A DNA stretch of 64,000 nucleotides from Eledone cirrhosa (GCA_964016885.1 OZ024765.1:1674001-1738000), one strand, 5' to 3'; counted from the stretch's first letter, positions 1 to 15,235 are shown. A program made the numbers and translations. Notes: generated by a model not told the origin, from the sequence alone.

Positions 1-80
1 ACTTTATTTTATCGACCCCGTAAGGATGAAAGGCAGTGTTAACCTTGCCTGGATTTGAACTCAGATCAGAAAGGGCCGTA

Positions 81-1278
81 AGACAGTGTCCTGTAAGTGT
101 ATATCACTGGCTATTTAACAGTGGAGATATAGACAGTGTATTGTAAGTGTATATCACTGGCTATTTAACAGTGGAGATATAGACAGTGTATTGTAAGTGT
201 ATATCACTGGCTATTTAACAGTGGAGATATAGACAGTGTATTGTAAGTGTATATCACTGGCTATTTAACAGTGGAGATATAGACAGTGTATTGTAAGTGT
301 ATATCACTGGCTATTTAACAGTGGAGATATAGACAGTGTATTGTAAGTGTTTATCACTGGCTATTTAACAGTGGAGATATAGACAGTGTATTGTAAGTGT
401 ATATCACTGGCTATTTAACAGTGGAGATATAGACAGTGTATTGTAAGTGTATATCACTGGCTATTTAACAGTGGAGATATAGACAGTGTATTGTAAGTGT
501 ATATCACTGGCTATTTAACAGTGGAGATATAGACAGTGTATTGTAAGTGTATATCACTGGCTATTTAACAGTGGAGATATAGACAGTGTATTGTAAGTGT
601 ATATCACTGGCTATTTAACAGTGGAGATATAGACAGTGTATTGTAAGTGTATATCACTGGCTATTTAACAGTGGAGATATAGACAGTGTATTGTAAGTGT
701 ATATCACTGGCTATTTAACAGTGGAGATATAGACAGTGTATTGTAAGTGTATATCACTGGCTATTTAACAGTGGAGATATAGACAGTGTATTGTAAGTGT
801 ATATCACTGGCTATTTAACAGTGGAGATATAGACAGTGTATTGTAAGTGTATATCACTGGCTATTTAACAGTGGAGATATAGACAGTGTATTGTAAGTGT
901 ATATCACTGGCTATTTAACAGTGGAGATATAGACAGTGTATTGTAAGTGTTTATCACTGGCTATTTAACAGTGGAGATATAGACAGTGTATTGTAAGTGT
1001 ATATCACTGGCTATTTAACAGTGGAGATATAGACAGTGTATTGTAAGTGTATATCACTGGCTATTTAACAGTGGAGATATAGACAGTGTATTGTAAGTGT
1101 TTATCACTGGCTATTTAACAGTGGAGATATAGACAGTGTATTGTAAGTGTATATCACTGGCTATTTAACAGTGGAGATATAGACAGTGTATTGTAAGTGT
1201 TTATCACTGGCTATTTAACAGTGGAGATATAGACAGTTGTAGACAGTGTTCTGTAAGTGTATATCACTGGCTATTTGA
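81..1278. repeat. 50-bp minisatellite (about 23 near-identical units)
   Basis: Unit agacagtgtattgtaagtgtatatcactggctatttaacagtggagatat; starts directly after a SINE fragment at 1-80. Confidence 0.96.
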
Positions 1279-1705
1279 CCCTTTTCATTTCCATATCAAC
1301 CTGCTGTTTGGAACATAACTTAACAAAGGATCTTACATAGAATTATAATGGAAGATTTTAGATATATAAACATTTTAATTCTCTCGTGACCATATTTCTA
1401 ATGAAAGACACTGTCTTATTAACCTGGTGTTTGGAACATAACTTAACAAAGGCTCTTACATAAAATTATGATGGGAGGTTTTTAGATAAACCTAAACACT
1501 CCAAAACAACCAGCTATTTATAATAGAGGTATTTAAAACCAAGATAAACACTTTAACCCTTTCATTACCATATTTCTAATGAAAGACACTGCTTAAGGCT
1601 GTCAAATAATTTAAAAAGTAATGAGGAGCTTGTTGAGGATTTAGTAATATAAGAAAGTATCTTATCAAACAGATCTGTATATAAGAGAACCAGGGCTGTT
1701 CAGGT

Positions 1706-1706
<1 letters not shown>

Positions 1707-1738
<32 letters not shown>

Positions 1739-2380
1739 ACGTCTGCTTTTCCCTGCTTGCAAGGGTGGGACGGGAACTGATTCTGGCTTGATCTCTACAG
1801 CTGGATGCCCTTCCTAACACCAACCTCATTTACAGTGAGTGGTGGCTGCTTTTTTGCCGTGGCACCTCCACGACCACTTTGCAGTGGAATGATAGGGACC
1901 CCAGTCCCTATCATCTCATTTCTACAGCTGAGTAAACTGCAGCAATGTGAAATAAAGTGTCTTGCTCAAGGAAACACTTTATTTCTCATTGCTCCAGTTT
2001 CATCATCATCATCACCGTTTTATGTCCATTCTTCCACGCTAGCATGGGTTAGACGGGTTGTCCTGTTGTGGGCAATGCCAGGTCAGGTGACCATGTCTTG
2101 CTCATACGGAACTGATTCTGGCTTGATTTCTACAGCTGGATGCCCTTCCTAACACCAACCTCATTTACAGTGAGTGCTGGGTGCTTGTTTGCCGTGGCAC
2201 CCCCACGACCACTTTGCAGTGGAATGCTAGGGACCCCAGTCCCTATCATCTCATTTCTACAGCTGAGTAAACTGGAGCAATGTGAAATAAAGTATTCTTG
2301 CTCAAGGAAACAACACATCACCCGGTCTGAGAATTGAACTCACAACCTTTCGATTGCAAGGCCAATGCTCTAACCACTAA
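1707..2380 (-). mobile_element. Two tandem copies of tRNA-derived SINE family A with (GAT)n tail
   Basis: Shared body ctacagctggatgcccttcctaacaccaac...gtgtcttgctcaagg...gagaattgaactcacaacc; B-box GAGTTCAATTC on - strand. Recurs throughout the window. Confidence 0.85.
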
Positions 2381-2627
2381 TATTTCTGGTGGGTTTGTGT
2401 GGCTTATTACAGTTTTTTGTGTTTGTTTGCTGGCTAGAGAAGCAGAGGGGAAGGCTTTTAAAAGGGTTAACTGCGATAAGGCAACTCATGAAAGAGATTA
2501 TTTCCATGAGCCACTTCTGTCATCTAGGGCAGCTATTTTTATAATGGAACACTTCCTCCCAGAGTAATGTGTATATATATATATTTACATGTATGTATTT
2601 GTATGTGTATATATATATATATTTGTA

Positions 2628-2700
<73 letters not shown>

Positions 2701-2705
2701 GTTTG

Positions 2706-2736
<31 letters not shown>

Positions 2737-2741
2737 GTTTG

Positions 2742-2774
<33 letters not shown>

Positions 2775-3024
2775 GTTTGTCTGTGTGTGTGTGTATATAT
2801 ATATATTTATGTGTGTGTGTATATATATATATATATATTTGTATGTGTGTGTGTATATATATATATATATTTGTATGTGTGTGTCTATATATATATATTT
2901 GTATGTGTGTGTATATATATATATATATATTTGTGTGTGTGATGCATGTGTCTATATATATATATATATCTACACACAAATATACAAATACATATATATA
3001 CACATAAAAATACATATATATATA

Positions 3025-3066
<42 letters not shown>

Positions 3067-3381
3067 TATATATATATATATATATATATAATCCCCCCCC
3101 TACCATTTATATTGTCATGATATGTATTATTATTTCTTAATAATCGTTAGGGTGGGGTGCATGAGGTGTGGTGTGGTGTGGGGGAGGTGGGGTGTTCATT
3201 TGTTATTATAGGGTGTAACCCACGATATCCAGAGTATGACATGTGTACACATCATTGTATGAGTCTTTGACAGTGGGTGGGGGAGGGGTCTGGGGGGTGT
3301 CCTATATATATATATATATATATGTATGATTTATTGCTGCTTATATATATATCATCGACACTATGTGTGTGTGTTTGTTTG

Positions 3382-3450
<69 letters not shown>

Positions 3451-3628
3451 CAGTATACCCCCACCCCCTCCCACTGTAAAGTGGTCATGTAGTGTCATGA
3501 CAAAAATCACCCAGCCCACACTGTAAAGTGGTCATGTAGGTTCTTTATTGGGGTCAAGGTTGAGTGTTTTTACTCTGGACTTCCTCCTGTGTAACTTTAA
3601 TGGGTTCTCATGTGGTTTGTAAATCCAC

Positions 3629-5246
3629 ATGTTTATAGTATCTTTACTGGTGGACAGATTGTTGTGAATATTTACAGTATTACAGTAAAGACTTTAATAT
3701 TTAATGTGATGTAGTCATAGTGTTGTTTTGTACTAAATGTTTATAGTATCTTTACTGGTGGACAGATTGTTGTGAATATTTACAGTATTACAGTAAAGAC
3801 TGTAATATTTAATGTGATGTAGTCATAGTGGTGTTTTGTACTAAATGTTTATAGTATCTTTACTGGTGGACAGATTGTTGTGAATATTTACAGTATTACA
3901 GTAAAGACTTTAATATTTAATGTGATGTAGTCATAGTGTTGTTTTGTACTAAATGTTTATAGTATCTTTACTGGTGGACAGATTGTTGTGAATATTTACA
4001 GTATTACAGTAAAGACTTTAATATTTAATGTGATGTAGTCATAGTGTTGTTTTGTACTAAATGTTTATAGTATCTTTACTGGTGGACAGATTGTTGTGAA
4101 AATTTACAGTATTACAGTAAAGACTTTAATATTTAATGTGATGTAGTCATAGTGTTGTTTTGTACTAAATGTTTATAGTATCTTTACTGGTGGACAGATT
4201 GTTGTGAATATTTACAGTATTACAGTAAAGACTGTAATATTTAATGTGATGTAGTCATAGTGTTGTTTTGTACTAAATGTTTATAGTATCTTTACTGGTG
4301 GACAGATTGTTGTGAATATTTACAGTATTACAGTAAAGACTGTAATATTTAATGTGATGTAGTCATAGTGTTGTTTTGTACTAAATGTTTATAGTATCTT
4401 TACTGGTCGACAGATTGTTGTGAATATTTACAGTATTACAGTAAAGACTTTAATATTTAATGTGATGTAGTCATAGTGTTGTTTTGTACTAAATGTTTAT
4501 AGTATCTTTACTGGTGGACAGATTGTTGTGAAAATTTACAGTATTACAGTAAAGACTTTAATATTTAATGTGATGTAGTCATAGTGTTGTTTTGTACTAA
4601 ATGTTTATAGTATCTTTACTAGTGGACAGATTGTTGTGAATATTTACAGTATTACAGTAAAGACTTTAATATTTAATGTGATGTAGTCATAGTGTTGTTT
4701 TGTACTAAATGTTTATAGTATCTTTACTGGTGGACAGATTGTTGTGAATATTTACAGTATTACAGTAAAGACTTTAATATCTAATGTGATGTAGTCATAG
4801 TGTTGTTTTGTACTAAATGTTTATAGTATCTTTACTGGTGGACAGATTGTTGTGAATATTTACAGTATTACAGTAAAGACTTTAATATTTAATGTGATGT
4901 AGTCATAGTGTTGTTTTGTACTAAATGTTTATAGTATCTTTACTGGTGGACAGATTGTTGTGAATATTTACAGTATTACAGTAAAGACTTTAATATCTAA
5001 TGTGATGTAGTCATAGTGTTGTTTTGTACTAAATGTTTATAGTATCTTTACTGGTGGACAGATTGTTGTGAATATTTACAGTATTACAGTAAAGACTTTA
5101 ATATTTAATGTGATGTAGTCATAGTGTTGTTTTGTACTAAATGTTTATAGTATCTTTACTGGTGGACAGATTGTTGTGAATATTTACAGTATTACAGTAA
5201 AGACTTTAATATTTAATGTGATGTAGTCATAGTGTTGTTTTGTACT
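3629..5246. repeat. 108-bp tandem repeat (about 15 units)
   Basis: Unit starts atgtttatagtatctttactggtggacagattg...; period 108 (3631 to 3739). Confidence 0.95.
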
Positions 5247-5617
5247 TTTTAACGATGTCTTAGTAAAGTGGTCTCATGTGGTTTGCCCGTTATGAGTTTA
5301 AACACCCGAGGAAGCTAGTATGTGCTGCAACCTCAATGTAGATCTGCTAAACCTATATAGGTGTGAGCTGTAATAACGACAGCAACAACAACAGCAACAG
5401 CAACAGCATTGAACAGATTGCAATGTTGGTAGAGAAAAGTATTTTATCTGTAGTCTGAGAAATTTCTGGAAAATGAGATAAGAATCTTAAATCACATGAC
5501 TAAGTGGATAACCTGAGTTAATCTGTCTGTTGACTGCTCACATACACACACTAGCATATATATATATATATATATACACACTAATACATATATACATATA
5601 TACATACACACACTAGC

Positions 5618-5649
<32 letters not shown>

Positions 5650-6761
5650 TAATACATATACACATATATACATACACACACTAGCATATATATATATATA
5701 TACACACTAATACATATACACATATATACATACACACACTAGCATATATATATATATATATACACACTAATACATATATACATATATACAAACACACACT
5801 AACATATATATATATATATACACACTAATACATATATACATATATACAAACACACACTAACATATATATATATATATACACACTAATACATATATACATA
5901 TATACAAACACACACTAATATATATATACATATATACATATATATAAACACACTAATATATATATATATATACATATACTCACTAATACATATATACATA
6001 TATATAAACACACACTAATATATATATATACATATACTCACTAATACATATATACATATATATGCATGCACATAAATATATACATACACACTAATACATA
6101 TATGCATACATATATATACATACACATGTACATATAATCACATTAATACATATATATATACACATATACATACACATATACATATATATATATATGTGTG
6201 TGTATATATATATAAATATATGTATGCATATATATATATATATGTATATAATTGTTTAATATTAAACAATTAATAGAAAAATCAGACTCTTTTATATATG
6301 TATATATATATTCTGGCACATATATACACACTAACACATATGATATATATATACATACACATGTACATATACACTGACACATATATACTCTAATATATAT
6401 ACATACCTACATACACATACATATATATTGATACACATACACTAATACATATATATGTGTATACATATACATACACATATTTACACACACACACTTATAT
6501 ATATACTGACACACACACACGTACACTTACATATATGTACACATACATACTGGTGTACATACATACACACACATACCTAACATTTCACCATTAAGATCTT
6601 ATAGAGGAGCCCCAGTTTATGTAACATCTCATTTATTACATCCCTTCTTTGCTGGCCTCAATTGTGGCCCTTGTCCTAAGACAACCCACACGCTTCTATA
6701 TAACATACACACACATATATATATGTACACACATATATATATACACAAAATATATATATGT

Positions 6762-6792
<31 letters not shown>

Positions 6793-6847
6793 CACAAACA
6801 TATATATATATATATACAAACACACACACACACATATATATCTTTAG

Positions 6848-7042
6848 TCGATCGACTTTCGTCAAATTGGACCGAGGAAACAATGTTTCCGTTGGTCTTT
6901 CCAATTGCTAATACTATCTATCGGTCGCAACTCCAGGTAGAAGGAGCAACGTGAAATAAAGTGTCTTGCTCAAGGACATAACGCATCACCCGGTCCAGGA
7001 ATCGAACTCACAACCTCAAGATTGTGAATCCAATTCTCTAAC
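6848..7042 (-). mobile_element. tRNA-derived SINE related to family A
   Basis: gtgaaataaagtgtcttgctcaagg core shared with family A; B-box GAGTTCGATTCC and A-box-like TGGCTGAGTGG on - strand. Confidence 0.7.
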
Positions 7043-7059
7043 CACTCAGCCACACGCCT

Positions 7060-7099
<40 letters not shown>

Positions 7100-7101
<2 letters not shown>

Positions 7102-7520
7102 GGCAGGTTGTACGATGCCTGCATACGAACAGCAATGTTACATGGCAGTGAGTACTGGGCATATACGCAGACTAGAGAGGAACGAAGCTTGCATGCTCCG
7201 CTGGACGTGTAATAGTAATATACGTGAACGGCAAAGCATAAACGAACTAAGGAAAAAATTAGAAATAAGAGGGATCAGATGTTGTTTACTTGAGAGAAAG
7301 CTACGTTGGTATGGTCACGTGATGCGCATGAAGGACGATAGCTGTATAACAAAGTGCAGGGCAATAAAGATAGACGGTAACCACGGAATAGGCAGACCCA
7401 GAAAAACATGGGACGAGCTGATAAATTCCGACCTCACACGCTTACACCTCTCCAAGACAATGTCACTGGACCGAGACCTTTGGCGGTACTCAGTAATAGA
7501 GAAGACCCGCCTTACCTAAA
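7100..7520 (+). mobile_element. RTE-clade LINE 3' fragment
   Basis: RRLERNEACMLRW...LRWYGHVMRM...GRPRKTWDE is a typical RTE ORF C-terminus. Confidence 0.85.
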
Positions 7521-8074
7521 TACAAAGTAAAACCTACTCCAGCCAGTAGGCATCTCTAACAAAATACACCCCCCACCCCATCCATACCGCCCCCTTCTAT
7601 GTAAAGTTATGTTGCTGCCACACCATCCAGGCCGAAACAAATGAGATCGTGTAGGTGTCACGACAAAAAAAACACACAGTCCACGCTGTAATGTGGCCGT
7701 GTAGGCAACACGGTAAAAACCTCCCAGACCCACACTGTAAATGTGGTTGGTGTTAGGAAGGGCATCCAACTGTAGAAAACCTGCCAGACAGTCCTATGCG
7801 AGCAAGACAATCACTCTTGCCTCAAGTGGGAATACCCCCGTCCAAACCCATGCAAGCGTGGAACACGGACGTTAAACGTTGATGATGATGATATATATAT
7901 ATATATATACAAACACACATATATATATATATACAAACACACATATATATATATATACAAACACATGTATATATATATATACAAACACATATATATATAT
8001 ATATATATATACAAACACATATATATATATACACACAAACACGCATATATATATATATATATACACAAACACAT

Positions 8075-8500
8075 GAAGGTACCGAGTTTGGCTTTTACCC
8101 CTACCTCCCTTCTTCTGGTTACTGAATGCCGAAGCTGGCGCATTGCTGCACCAACTCCTGCAATTCTTGCAAATAATTCAGTCCCCTGCCTTCCATCACT
8201 TGTAAACACAGCCCCGAGATACTTCAACTTCTCCACCTGCTTCAGTGGAGCTCCTTCACATGTAGAGTGCACTGAGCTGGCTTCCTTGAAAGGACGAGTG
8301 TCTCAGTTTTCACAGCTGCACAGACTTTCATTTGCAGCCGTGCAGCACTCAGCATCAAACCTATCAAGTGCAAGTCACACATCACCTTCTGTCAACTTAA
8401 GTAACACCATGTCGTCTGCAAAGTCCAGCCGACTGATTTTACACCTGCCAGTCGTGATGCCACTTCCAACATGGCTGTGTATGTCGATCCTGTTTATGTA
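8075..8500 (-). mobile_element. RTE-clade reverse transcriptase fragment (decayed)
   Basis: - strand encodes DFADDMV and [17 protein letters not shown]...KAKL. Confidence 0.8.
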
Positions 8501-8502
8501 AA

Positions 8503-8936
8503 TAATGGTTTCTAGTATAGGGAGGCACAAGGCCAGCAATTCCGGGGGGAGGGGAAAGTCAATTAAATTGACCCCAGTGCATGACCGGTACTTTATTTTA
8601 TCGACCCCCCGTAAGGATGCAAGGTGAAGTTAACCTCGTTAGGATTTGAACTCAGATCATAAAGGGCCGTAACTCTATGCTGCAAGTCATGGTGTCCATC
8701 CCTCTATGGATACTGCCAATCCACCACCTTCCTGTTCATATAAATAATAGTTTCTACTTTAGGCACAAGGCCAGCAATTACCTCAGTGCATTACTGGTAC
8801 TTTATTTTATCGACCTCTGTAAGGATGAAAGGCAAAGTCAACCTCGGCGGGATTTGAACTCAGACCATAAAGGGCCATAACTCTATGCGTCAAAGTATGG
8901 CGTCCGACCCTCTACCGATACTGCCAATCCACCTCC
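8503..8936 (-). mobile_element. Two tandem copies of tRNA-derived SINE family B
   Basis: aggcacaaggccagcaatt...ggtactttattttatcgacccc...aaggatgaaaggcaaagt...ggatttgaactcag; A-box TGGCAGTATCGG and B-box GAGTTCAAATCC on - strand. Other copies at 1-80, 36915-37120 and 54050-54385. Confidence 0.82.
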
Positions 8937-9599
8937 TGTTCATATAAATAATGACCAGTACACACCCTTGGACATTAACTGATGTCTGGTGACCTCAGTC
9001 TCTGGATATTAACTGACCTCTGGTGACCTCACTCTCTGGACATTGATTGACCTCTGGTGACCTCAGGAAAATCAAATTTCACCTCCAAAGTAAAAATATT
9101 TTATATCTCATTTAAGTAGAATTTTTGAAGTTGGTGAAAATAGTCAAAATATTGACCTCGAATATAAGGAGACCCACATTTTACTATCAAGACTTATCTT
9201 GTCTTATATGCGAGTATATACAATAATAATATAACTAACTTCCTCATTGTTAAGTTTTGTGTCTGGAACATAACTTAACAAAGTTTCATACATAAAATTA
9301 TGATGGAAGGTTTTTAAACACTTTAACCCTTTCATTACCATATTTCTAATGAAAGACACTGTCTTATTAACCTGGGGTTTGGAACATAACTTAACAAAGG
9401 TTCTTACATAAAATTATGATGGAAGGATTTTAGATAAATATAACCATCATCATCTTTTAACGTCTTATTTTCCATGCTTGCATGGGTCAGACAGGTTGTC
9501 CAGGTTATGAGGCAAGCCTGGCCAGTTAATCGTGACATACCTTACTCAAACGGAACTGTATTCTGGCTGCTTTTTATTTTTTACAGCTGGATGCCCTTC

Positions 9600-9885
9600 T
9601 TAACCCTTTACCATTTACATTACTCTATATATACTATTGTATTTTCACAGTAAAGGCTTTACCTCACATAATATCTCACATAACATTTACATTACTCTAT
9701 ATATACTATTGTATTTTCACAGTAAAGGCTTTACCTCACGTAATATCGAATCTACGAGATTTTGATATTATTTATTTTGAGAACAACACCTTAACATCAG
9801 TATGAGTGGCTAGTTACAGCCAGTTTGAACAGAAAGAGGTGAGAGAATTCTGGCCGGATATGTCTGGTTTAAATGCTAAAGGGTA
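9600..9885. mobile_element. piggyBac-like MITE carrying about 2 units of the satellite that surrounds the LINE
   Basis: Begins TTAA-CCCTTTACCATTTA and ends TAAATGCTAAAGGG (inverted match; right TTAA degenerate). 9612-9746 is the reverse complement of the 21-28 kb repeat unit. Confidence 0.75.
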
Positions 9886-10481
9886 CCCAGTTCTACGACA
9901 ATAACCTTGGTTACTATGTGGAGCAGGGTGGCCCCATTCTTAGAGGGGTCAGGCTAATTGACTGTGCTGTATCCTGCTCGTAAGTGAATCTGTATTTGGG
10001 ATTTGGGGGCCTGTAATGAGGTAGGTCTGACCAATTGACCCCGTCAAACTTTGATCATACAATATTTAAAAAAGAGCTTTGTGTAGTGGAATTAAGGGTG
10101 GTTTGGTGGGAAAAAGGGCTGAAGAAAGCCCAACTTGACTATGTTACATACACACACATGCAGACACATGCACACACGTACATACACATACACACACATA
10201 CACACACGTACACACACGTACAAACTCACACATACACAAACACACACACAAACTCACACACAAACTCACACATACACATTCACACACACACACACACGTA
10301 GATAGCAGTTCCAGGATGTAAATCCCCAGTATTGTGACATTTTACATAATGTGTACACGCGACTGCACACACACACACACACTCACAAACTCACTCACAC
10401 ACACACTCACACGCACACACATTCACACAGTGTTATGCAACGTCCCACGCATATATGAAACACAAGCATGGACTTGCATTT

Positions 10482-10521
<40 letters not shown>

Positions 10522-10561
10522 TATATAATATATATATACATATATATATAATATATATATG

Positions 10562-10594
<33 letters not shown>

Positions 10595-10595
10595 G

Positions 10596-10736
10596 GAGTC
10601 CAGAATTAGCCGTCGAAACCGCTTGAGCTCAGCCGTCGGGGTCCTACTCGTTGCTATTACCCACTCTACTACCCTAAGTATTGAGTACTTTGGTGCGTTA
10701 TGGTCCACCTGGTTCCTTACCACATTTCCTTCGTTA
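10596..10736. mobile_element. Short dispersed element inserted in (TA)n tracts, probably a Penelope-like terminus
   Basis: agtccagaattagccgtcgaaac...gagtactttggtgcgttatggtccacctggttccttaccacatttccttcgtta; further copies near 14026-14165, 40128-40270, 47955-48023 and 54780-54848, all ending at (TA)n and often with a fold-back. Confidence 0.65.
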
Positions 10737-11549
10737 TATATATATATGTATATATATATATTATATATATATATATATATTATATATATACATATATAAT
10801 AATATACAGGTGTGTCCCCCCCCAAAAAAAAAAAAAAATATGTATACACACTTCAACAGTATTCTAATAAATATGTATATACATTTGTTGGGACATCCTG
10901 TATATATATATATATATATGTGTGGGTGTATATATCATCATCAACATCATCATTTTACGTCAGCAGGGAAAAGCGGACGTAAGAATGATGATGATATATA
11001 CACACCCACACACAAACATACATAGACAGACACACACACACATACATAGACAGACACGCACACACATACATAGACACAAACATAGACACACACACACACA
11101 TATGTACTCATGTACAGACGTGTTTCTTGTTTAAAGCCACACATAGACACGCACACACATATATACACACACATATACACTCATACACACTTATATACAC
11201 TCATACACACACATATACACTCATATACACGCATATACATTCATACACACACATATACACTCATACACACACATATATACTCATACACACACATATACAC
11301 TCATACACATGCATATACACTCACACACATATACACTCATGTACACACATATACACTCATACACACACACTCATACACACATATACACACATATACACTC
11401 ACATACACATACACACACACATATACACACACATACTTACACATGTATATCACCTTTTTGTGTTCGTTTTTCCATGTTTGCATGTATTGGACAAATATGT
11501 CTCTGTGTGTATATTTGTGTCAGATGTCATCAATAAATATATATAATAT

Positions 11550-12610
11550 AATAATAATGAAAAAATATTGTGTACAGTGCTCAGGTGCACTACAACTCAT
11601 CAAAGGTGTATGTATAGTACATAGGGTAATGTACAAACGTCAGGAAATTGAACAGTGCATGAGTCATGATATATACATGTGTGCATGTGTATGGAAGGGG
11701 TACATCAGGTGTAGTTTTGGCGAATTTCGGGAAGCATGAGGGTTTTAAAGGATGCAGTGTCTCGGCAGCTAACAACTGATGCAGGTAGTTTGTTCCATGG
11801 AGGTTTTAAAGGATGCAGTGTCTCAACAGCTAACAACTGATGCAGGGAGTTTGTTCCATGGAGGTTTTAAAGAATGCAGTGTCTCGACAGCTAACAACTG
11901 ATGCAGGTAGTTTGCTCCATGGAGGTTTTAAAGGATGCAGTGTCTCGACAGCTAAAAACTGATGGAGGTAGTTTGTTCCATGGAGGTTTTAAAGGATGCA
12001 GTGTCTCGACAGCTAACAACTGATGCAGGTAGTTTGTTCCATGGAGGTTTTAAAGGATGCAGTGTCTCGACAGCTAACAACTGATGGAGGTAGTTTATTC
12101 CATGGAGGTTTTAAAGGATGCAGTGTCTCGACAGCTAACAACTGATGCATGTAGTTTGTTCCATGCTTCAGCAACTCTGAGCGTGAAAAAATGTTTCCAA
12201 AAGTCATGGGAGCTGTACTGTTTTCTGACTCTGTAGGCATGTCCGCGTGTGTTAGACACATGGAATTCAAAAAGGTACTCAGGGTTGTTGTTGGCGACAT
12301 GGTTAATAATCTTGTGGGTGTTTACCAAGTCAGTTGCCAGATGTCGGAGCTTCAATGTATCCATGCCCAGGGAAGCAAGGTGTTCAGAGTTTGGTAGATG
12401 TCTGATGGAGAGTATTCGCTTGGTTGCACGTCTCTGAACAGTTTCCAGGAGGTCAATATTCTGAGCAAGATAGGGGTTCCAGACTGGACATGCAAATTCT
12501 AAGTGTGGCCGCATCATAGCTATATATAGCTTTAAATAGATATCTGGAGAGCAGCTGACAAAGGTCTTGCTGAGTGATGCCAAGACACCCTTGGCCTTCT
12601 TGACAATTTT
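11550..12610 (-). mobile_element. CR1-clade LINE 3' fragment with internal 61-bp tandem expansion
   Basis: LYIAMMRPHLEFACPVWNPY...LETVQRRATK...NTRGH...FFTLRVAEAWNKL; about 7 copies of a 61-bp unit at 11741-12165. A second copy of the 3' UTR lies at 58880-59068. Confidence 0.88.
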
Positions 12611-12950
12611 ATATAGCTATTTCAGCCAATAACTTCTTTAAGCTTCTTATATAATTAGGAGAGGATTCACGATGTGTATCGGGAGTTGACGACAGTTGAC
12701 CAGAGTATAGGCATCTTTATTTTATATAGAAATTACTACAGGATTAGACCTGTTTCATTCGTAAGAAATCATCCTGTGTCTCTACATAGTTGGTCGATGT
12801 AAGTTAAAGCCGGTCAGCCAACCTTCTTTTGGCCGTGGCTAGCTGCCCCAAACCAAAAGACCAGTAACAAGTTCTTGCTTTGCTGGTCAGCAATGTCCTG
12901 AAAATCACATTCTTCCCTCCTGTAATATTACAGATATATCAGGGATATAT

Positions 12951-13903
12951 CAGTTCTATAGTAGGATGGTGTGTCACTATAGAACAGTTGTATAGTGGGA
13001 TGGTGTGTCACTATAGAACAGTTGTATAGTGGGATGGTGTGTCACTATAGAATAGTTGTATAGTGGGATGGTGTCTCACTATAGAACAGTTGTATAGTGG
13101 GATGGTGTGTCACTATAGAATAGTTCTATAGTGGGATGGTGTGTCACTATAGAACAGTTCTATAGTGGGATGGTGTGTCACTATAGAACAGTTGTATAGT
13201 GGGATGGTGTGTCACTATAGAACAGTTCTATAGTAGGATGGTGTGTCACTATAGAACAGTTGTATAGTGGGATGGTGTGTCACTATAGAACAGTTCTATA
13301 GTAGGATGGTGTGTCACTATAGAATAGTTCTATAGTGGGATGGTGTGTCACTATAGAACAGTTCTATAGTGGGATGGTGTGTCACTATAGAACAGTTGTA
13401 TAGTAGGATGGTGTGTCACTATAGAACAGTTCTATAGTAGGATGGTGTGTCACTATAGAATAGTTCTATAGTGGGATGGTGTGTCACTATAGAACAGTTC
13501 TATAGTAGGATGGTGTGTCACTATAGAACAGTTCTATAGTAGGATGGTGTGTCACTATAGAACAGTTCTATAGTGGGATGGTGTGTCACTATAGAACAGT
13601 TGTATAGTAGGATGGTGTGTCACTATAGAACAGTTCTATAGTAGGATGGTGTGTCACTATAGAATAGTTCTATAGTGGGATGGTGTGTCACTATAGAATA
13701 GTTCTATAGTGGGATGGTGTGTCACTATAGAACAGTTCTATAGTAGGATGGTGTGTCACTATAGAATAGTTCTATAGTGGGATGGTGTGTCACTATAGAA
13801 CAGTTCTATAGTGGGATGGTGTGTCACTATAGAACAGTTCTATAGTAGGATGGTGTGTCACTATAGAACAGTTCTATAGTGGGATGGTGTGTCACTATAG
13901 AAC
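12951..13903. repeat. 34-bp palindromic minisatellite (about 28 units)
   Basis: Unit gggatggtgtgtcactatagaacagttctatagt containing actatagaac-a-gttctatagt. Confidence 0.95.
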
Positions 13904-14161
13904 TACTCGAAATCAAGTTGCAGCCATCATATATACATAGATGTATGTCTGTATGTGTATATATATATATATATAGGAAAAGAGTCATGAGCTCGACTGT
14001 TGAGCTCTTGACCATTTCGACAGCTAGTCCAGAAATAGCCGTCGAAACGGCTTGAGCTCTGCTGTCGGGGTCAAACATTTTCATATTACCCACTCTACTA
14101 CCCAAAGTATTGAGTACTCTGGTGCTTCATAGTCCATTTGGTTCCTTACCACACCTCCTTC

Positions 14162-14203
<42 letters not shown>

Positions 14204-14225
14204 TGTGTATCTATATATGAGTCTG

Positions 14226-14257
<32 letters not shown>

Positions 14258-14300
14258 CAGACTCATATATATATATATATATATATATTGATACACAGAC

Positions 14301-14343
<43 letters not shown>

Positions 14344-14443
14344 TCTGTGTATCTATATATATATATATATATGAGTCTGTGTATCTATATATATATATAT
14401 ATACAGACTCATATATATATATATATATATATAGATACACAGA

Positions 14444-14481
<38 letters not shown>

Positions 14482-14863
14482 TGTGTATATATATATATAT
14501 ATATATTTGAGTCTTTGTGTATATATATGAGTCTGTATATATATATATATATATATAAACACACACACATATATATATATATATGGTGCCCCCTCCAACC
14601 CTGTCCTGCCCCCAAATACTTTTATAAGTCTGGGTGTCACCTGTTACAGATAACTTACATTGGTGACATTCCATACACGCACACATATACACATATATTA
14701 TATATACACAATGTATATATACAATATATATATATACACATGTATATATAATTTATACACGTGTACACACACACATATATATATAAAAGGAGAGAGAGAT
14801 TCTTGGTGTGAAATCGCGTGTTGCATGGGTATCTATCTATGTATATATATGTATGTATATATG

Positions 14864-14926
<63 letters not shown>

Positions 14927-14953
14927 ATATATATATATGTATATATGTATATA

Positions 14954-15049
<96 letters not shown>

Positions 15050-15064
15050 ATATATATATGTATG

Positions 15065-15187
<123 letters not shown>

Positions 15188-15188
15188 G

Positions 15189-15235
<47 letters not shown>

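Noticed and set aside
1805-2337. Recurring MPFLTPTSFTVS... ORF family
   Set aside because: Antisense reading of SINE family A, not a protein family.
5341-5435. TAG|GTGTGAG followed by CAA/CAG repeats as a possible exon or ratchet point
   Set aside because: Weak acceptor and donor and no recognisable RBMS similarity.
12951-13903. CRISPR-like appearance (palindromic 34-bp repeats)
   Set aside because: No unique spacers, no cas genes, eukaryotic context; it is a plain tandem repeat.
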